Of a stretch of DNA of 64,000 bases, positions 62,022-64,000 are shown in pieces. Where the stretch lies: the NCBI RefSeq assembly GCF_004010195.1, contig NW_025215381.1, positions 937,909 to 1,001,908 on the forward strand. The letters run 5' to 3'. Position 1 is the stretch's first letter. Every line of letters starts with the position of its first letter. A program made the position numbers and the translations under genes. This DNA is from Chiloscyllium plagiosum. Its lineage: Eukaryota. The notes under the pieces were generated by a model. That model was not told where the DNA came from. It did no database searches and was given only the letters and a program-made list of their open reading frames with translations.

Positions 62022-62820
62022 GGATTTAGAGTTGCTGGTGTTGGACTAGGGTGCACAAAGTTTAAAATCACACAACTCCGGGTTATGATTAGATTAGATG
62101 ACTGACAGTGTGGAAACAGGCCCTTCGGCACAACAAGTCCACACCGACCCTCCGAAGAGCAACCACCCAGACCCATTCCCCTACATTTACCCCTTCACCT
62201 AACACTGCGGGCAATTTAGCATGGCCAATTCACCTAATCTGCACATTTTTGGACTGTGGGAGGAAACCCACGCAGACACAGGGAGAATGTGCAAACTCCA
62301 CACACACAGTTGCCTGAGGCGAGAATTGAACCCGGATCTCTGGCGCTGTGCGGTAGTACTGCTAACCACTGTGCTGCCAATATAGTCCAACATGTTTAAT
62401 TGGAAGCACTAGTTTTTGAAGCGCTGCTCCTTCAGGCGGTTGTGGAGTATAAGATTGTAAGACACAGAATTTATAGCAAATATTTACATTGTGATGGAAC
62501 TGAAATTATATGTTGAAAAAGACCTGGATTGTTTGTTAAGTGTCTCATTTGTTAGAATGACTATGTTGGTTTCAGTTCTTTCATATGTAAATCGCAAAAC
62601 TTTTTTAAAAGTTACATTCTCAAGTGAATTTTTAACAATTGTCATGTTGGCCCAGATAATGTATTGAAGGTGTGAACTTCCCTGTGTGAGGCTGTCTGTG
62701 CCACAATGGTCAGACTGATTCTAATCTACAAAACTGACTTACAGAATCTTACGTGGATTCATGCAGTTTTTGAACAAAGTAAAATGTAATTCTGCAAGTA
62801 CAGATTCACCCCACAAACTT
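62022..62820 (-). mobile_element. Longer family C element interrupted by a SINE (62087-62378)
   Basis: Family C terminus gatttagagttgctggtgttggact...ggttat resumes as atagtccaacatgtttaattggaagcactag; then ~400 bp of AT-rich internal sequence. Confidence 0.7.
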
Positions 62821-62869
62821 GTATGTGTGCGTGTGTGTGTGTGTGTGGGGTGGGTGGTTGGGGGATCTG

Positions 62870-64000
62870 GGGTTATTGGTTAGCCTACTTTTGGAATACT
62901 GTGCGCAATTCTGGTCTCCCTCCTATCAAAAGGATGTTGTGAAATTTGAAAGGGTTCAGAAAAGATTTACAAGAATGTTACCAGGGTTGGAGGATTTGAG
63001 CTGCAAGGAGAGGCTGAACATGCTGGGGCTGTTGTCCTTGGAGGGTTGGAGACTGAGAGTTGACCTTACGGAGGTTTATAAAATCGTGAGGGGAATGGAT
63101 AGGGTAAGTAGACAAGGTCTTTTCCCCCAGGTGGGGGTGTCCAGAACTAGAGGGCATAGGTTTAGGGTGAGAGGGGACAAATCTTTGAAAGTTGCCACCC
63201 AGGTAAATAGTGCGGTGAAGAAGGCATATGGCGTACTGGCTTTTATTGGTAGAGGAATTGAGTTCCGGAGTACTGAGGTCATGTTGCAGTTGTATAAGAC
63301 TCTGGTGCGGCCGCATCTGGAGTATTGTGTGCAGTTTTGGTCGCCATACTATAGGAAGGATGTGGAGGCACTGGAACGGGTGCAGAGGAGGTTTACCAGG
63401 ATGTTGCCTGGTATGGTAGAAAGATCGTATGAGGAAAGGCTGAGGCACTTGGGGCTGTTCTCATTGGAGAAAAGAAGGTTTAGGGGTGACTTGACAGAGG
63501 TGTACAAGATGATTAGGGGTTTAGATAGGGTTGACAGTGAGAATCTTTTNNNNNNNNNNNNNNNNNNNNNNNNNNNNNNNNNNNNNNNNNNNNNCGCTGT
63601 ATTCTTCTATGTTCTATATAAAAGAGCAACTTTTTTATGCGGAGAGTGGTACGTGTATGGAATGAGCTGCCAGAGGAAGTGGTGGAGGCTGGTACAATTA
63701 CAACATTTAAAAGGCATCTGGATGGGTATATGAATAGGAAGGGTTTAGTGGGAAATGGGCCAAGTGCTGACAAAGGGGCTACATTAATTTAGGATATCTG
63801 GTCGGCATGCACGAGTTGGACTGAAGGGTCTGTTTTCGTGCTGTATATCTCAATGACTCTATGACAAGGTACTACAAGTGTTGGCAGGCTTAAAAGTGGA
63901 CAGATATCCAGGTCCAGATGAATTATGTCCCAGGCTACTGTGGGAGGCAGGGAAGGAGATTGCAGTGGGCACTAACCCACTTTTTTAATCCCTCTCTGGC
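62870..64000 (+). mobile_element. Tandem CR1 LINE 3' fragments
   Basis: [41 protein letters not shown]. Confidence 0.9.
63550..63594. other. Assembly gap (45 N)
   Basis: Run of N. Confidence 1.

Noticed and set aside
62819..63733. 304-aa ORF as a host gene or active RT
   Set aside because: Fusion of two CR1 ORF2 C-terminal fragments running through an N gap; no catalytic RT core.

Overview
Vertebrate genomic DNA, most likely a shark (inferred from HE1/V-SINE-like tRNA SINEs, CR1 LINEs and a ~70-bp satellite). The only host gene is NEURL4 on the + strand. Sixteen GT-AG coding exons between 10535 and 61960 join in phase into about 742 codons, covering part of NHR2 through NHR5; the gene starts upstream and continues downstream of the window. 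The introns are filled with CR1, L2 and Rex-like LINE fragments, about 13 tRNA-SINEs, a TA-flanked MITE and at least three families of Penelope-like elements (PLEs) that carry minimal hammerhead ribozyme (HHR) motifs. Four points stand out. (1) Many short TSD-flanked fold-back PLE/HHR insertions share a one-sided tail of about 30-37 nt. (2) HHR cores are mostly broken on the NEURL4 sense strand but often intact on the antisense strand. (3) A ~1.37-kb near-perfect inverted duplication (3642-5017 / 5283-6657) is built around a PLE insertion and is either a real rearrangement or an assembly artefact. (4) There are several splice-site oddities. Most ORFs in the supplied track are retroelement debris or low-complexity noise. 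Repeat boundaries are approximate and were read by eye.
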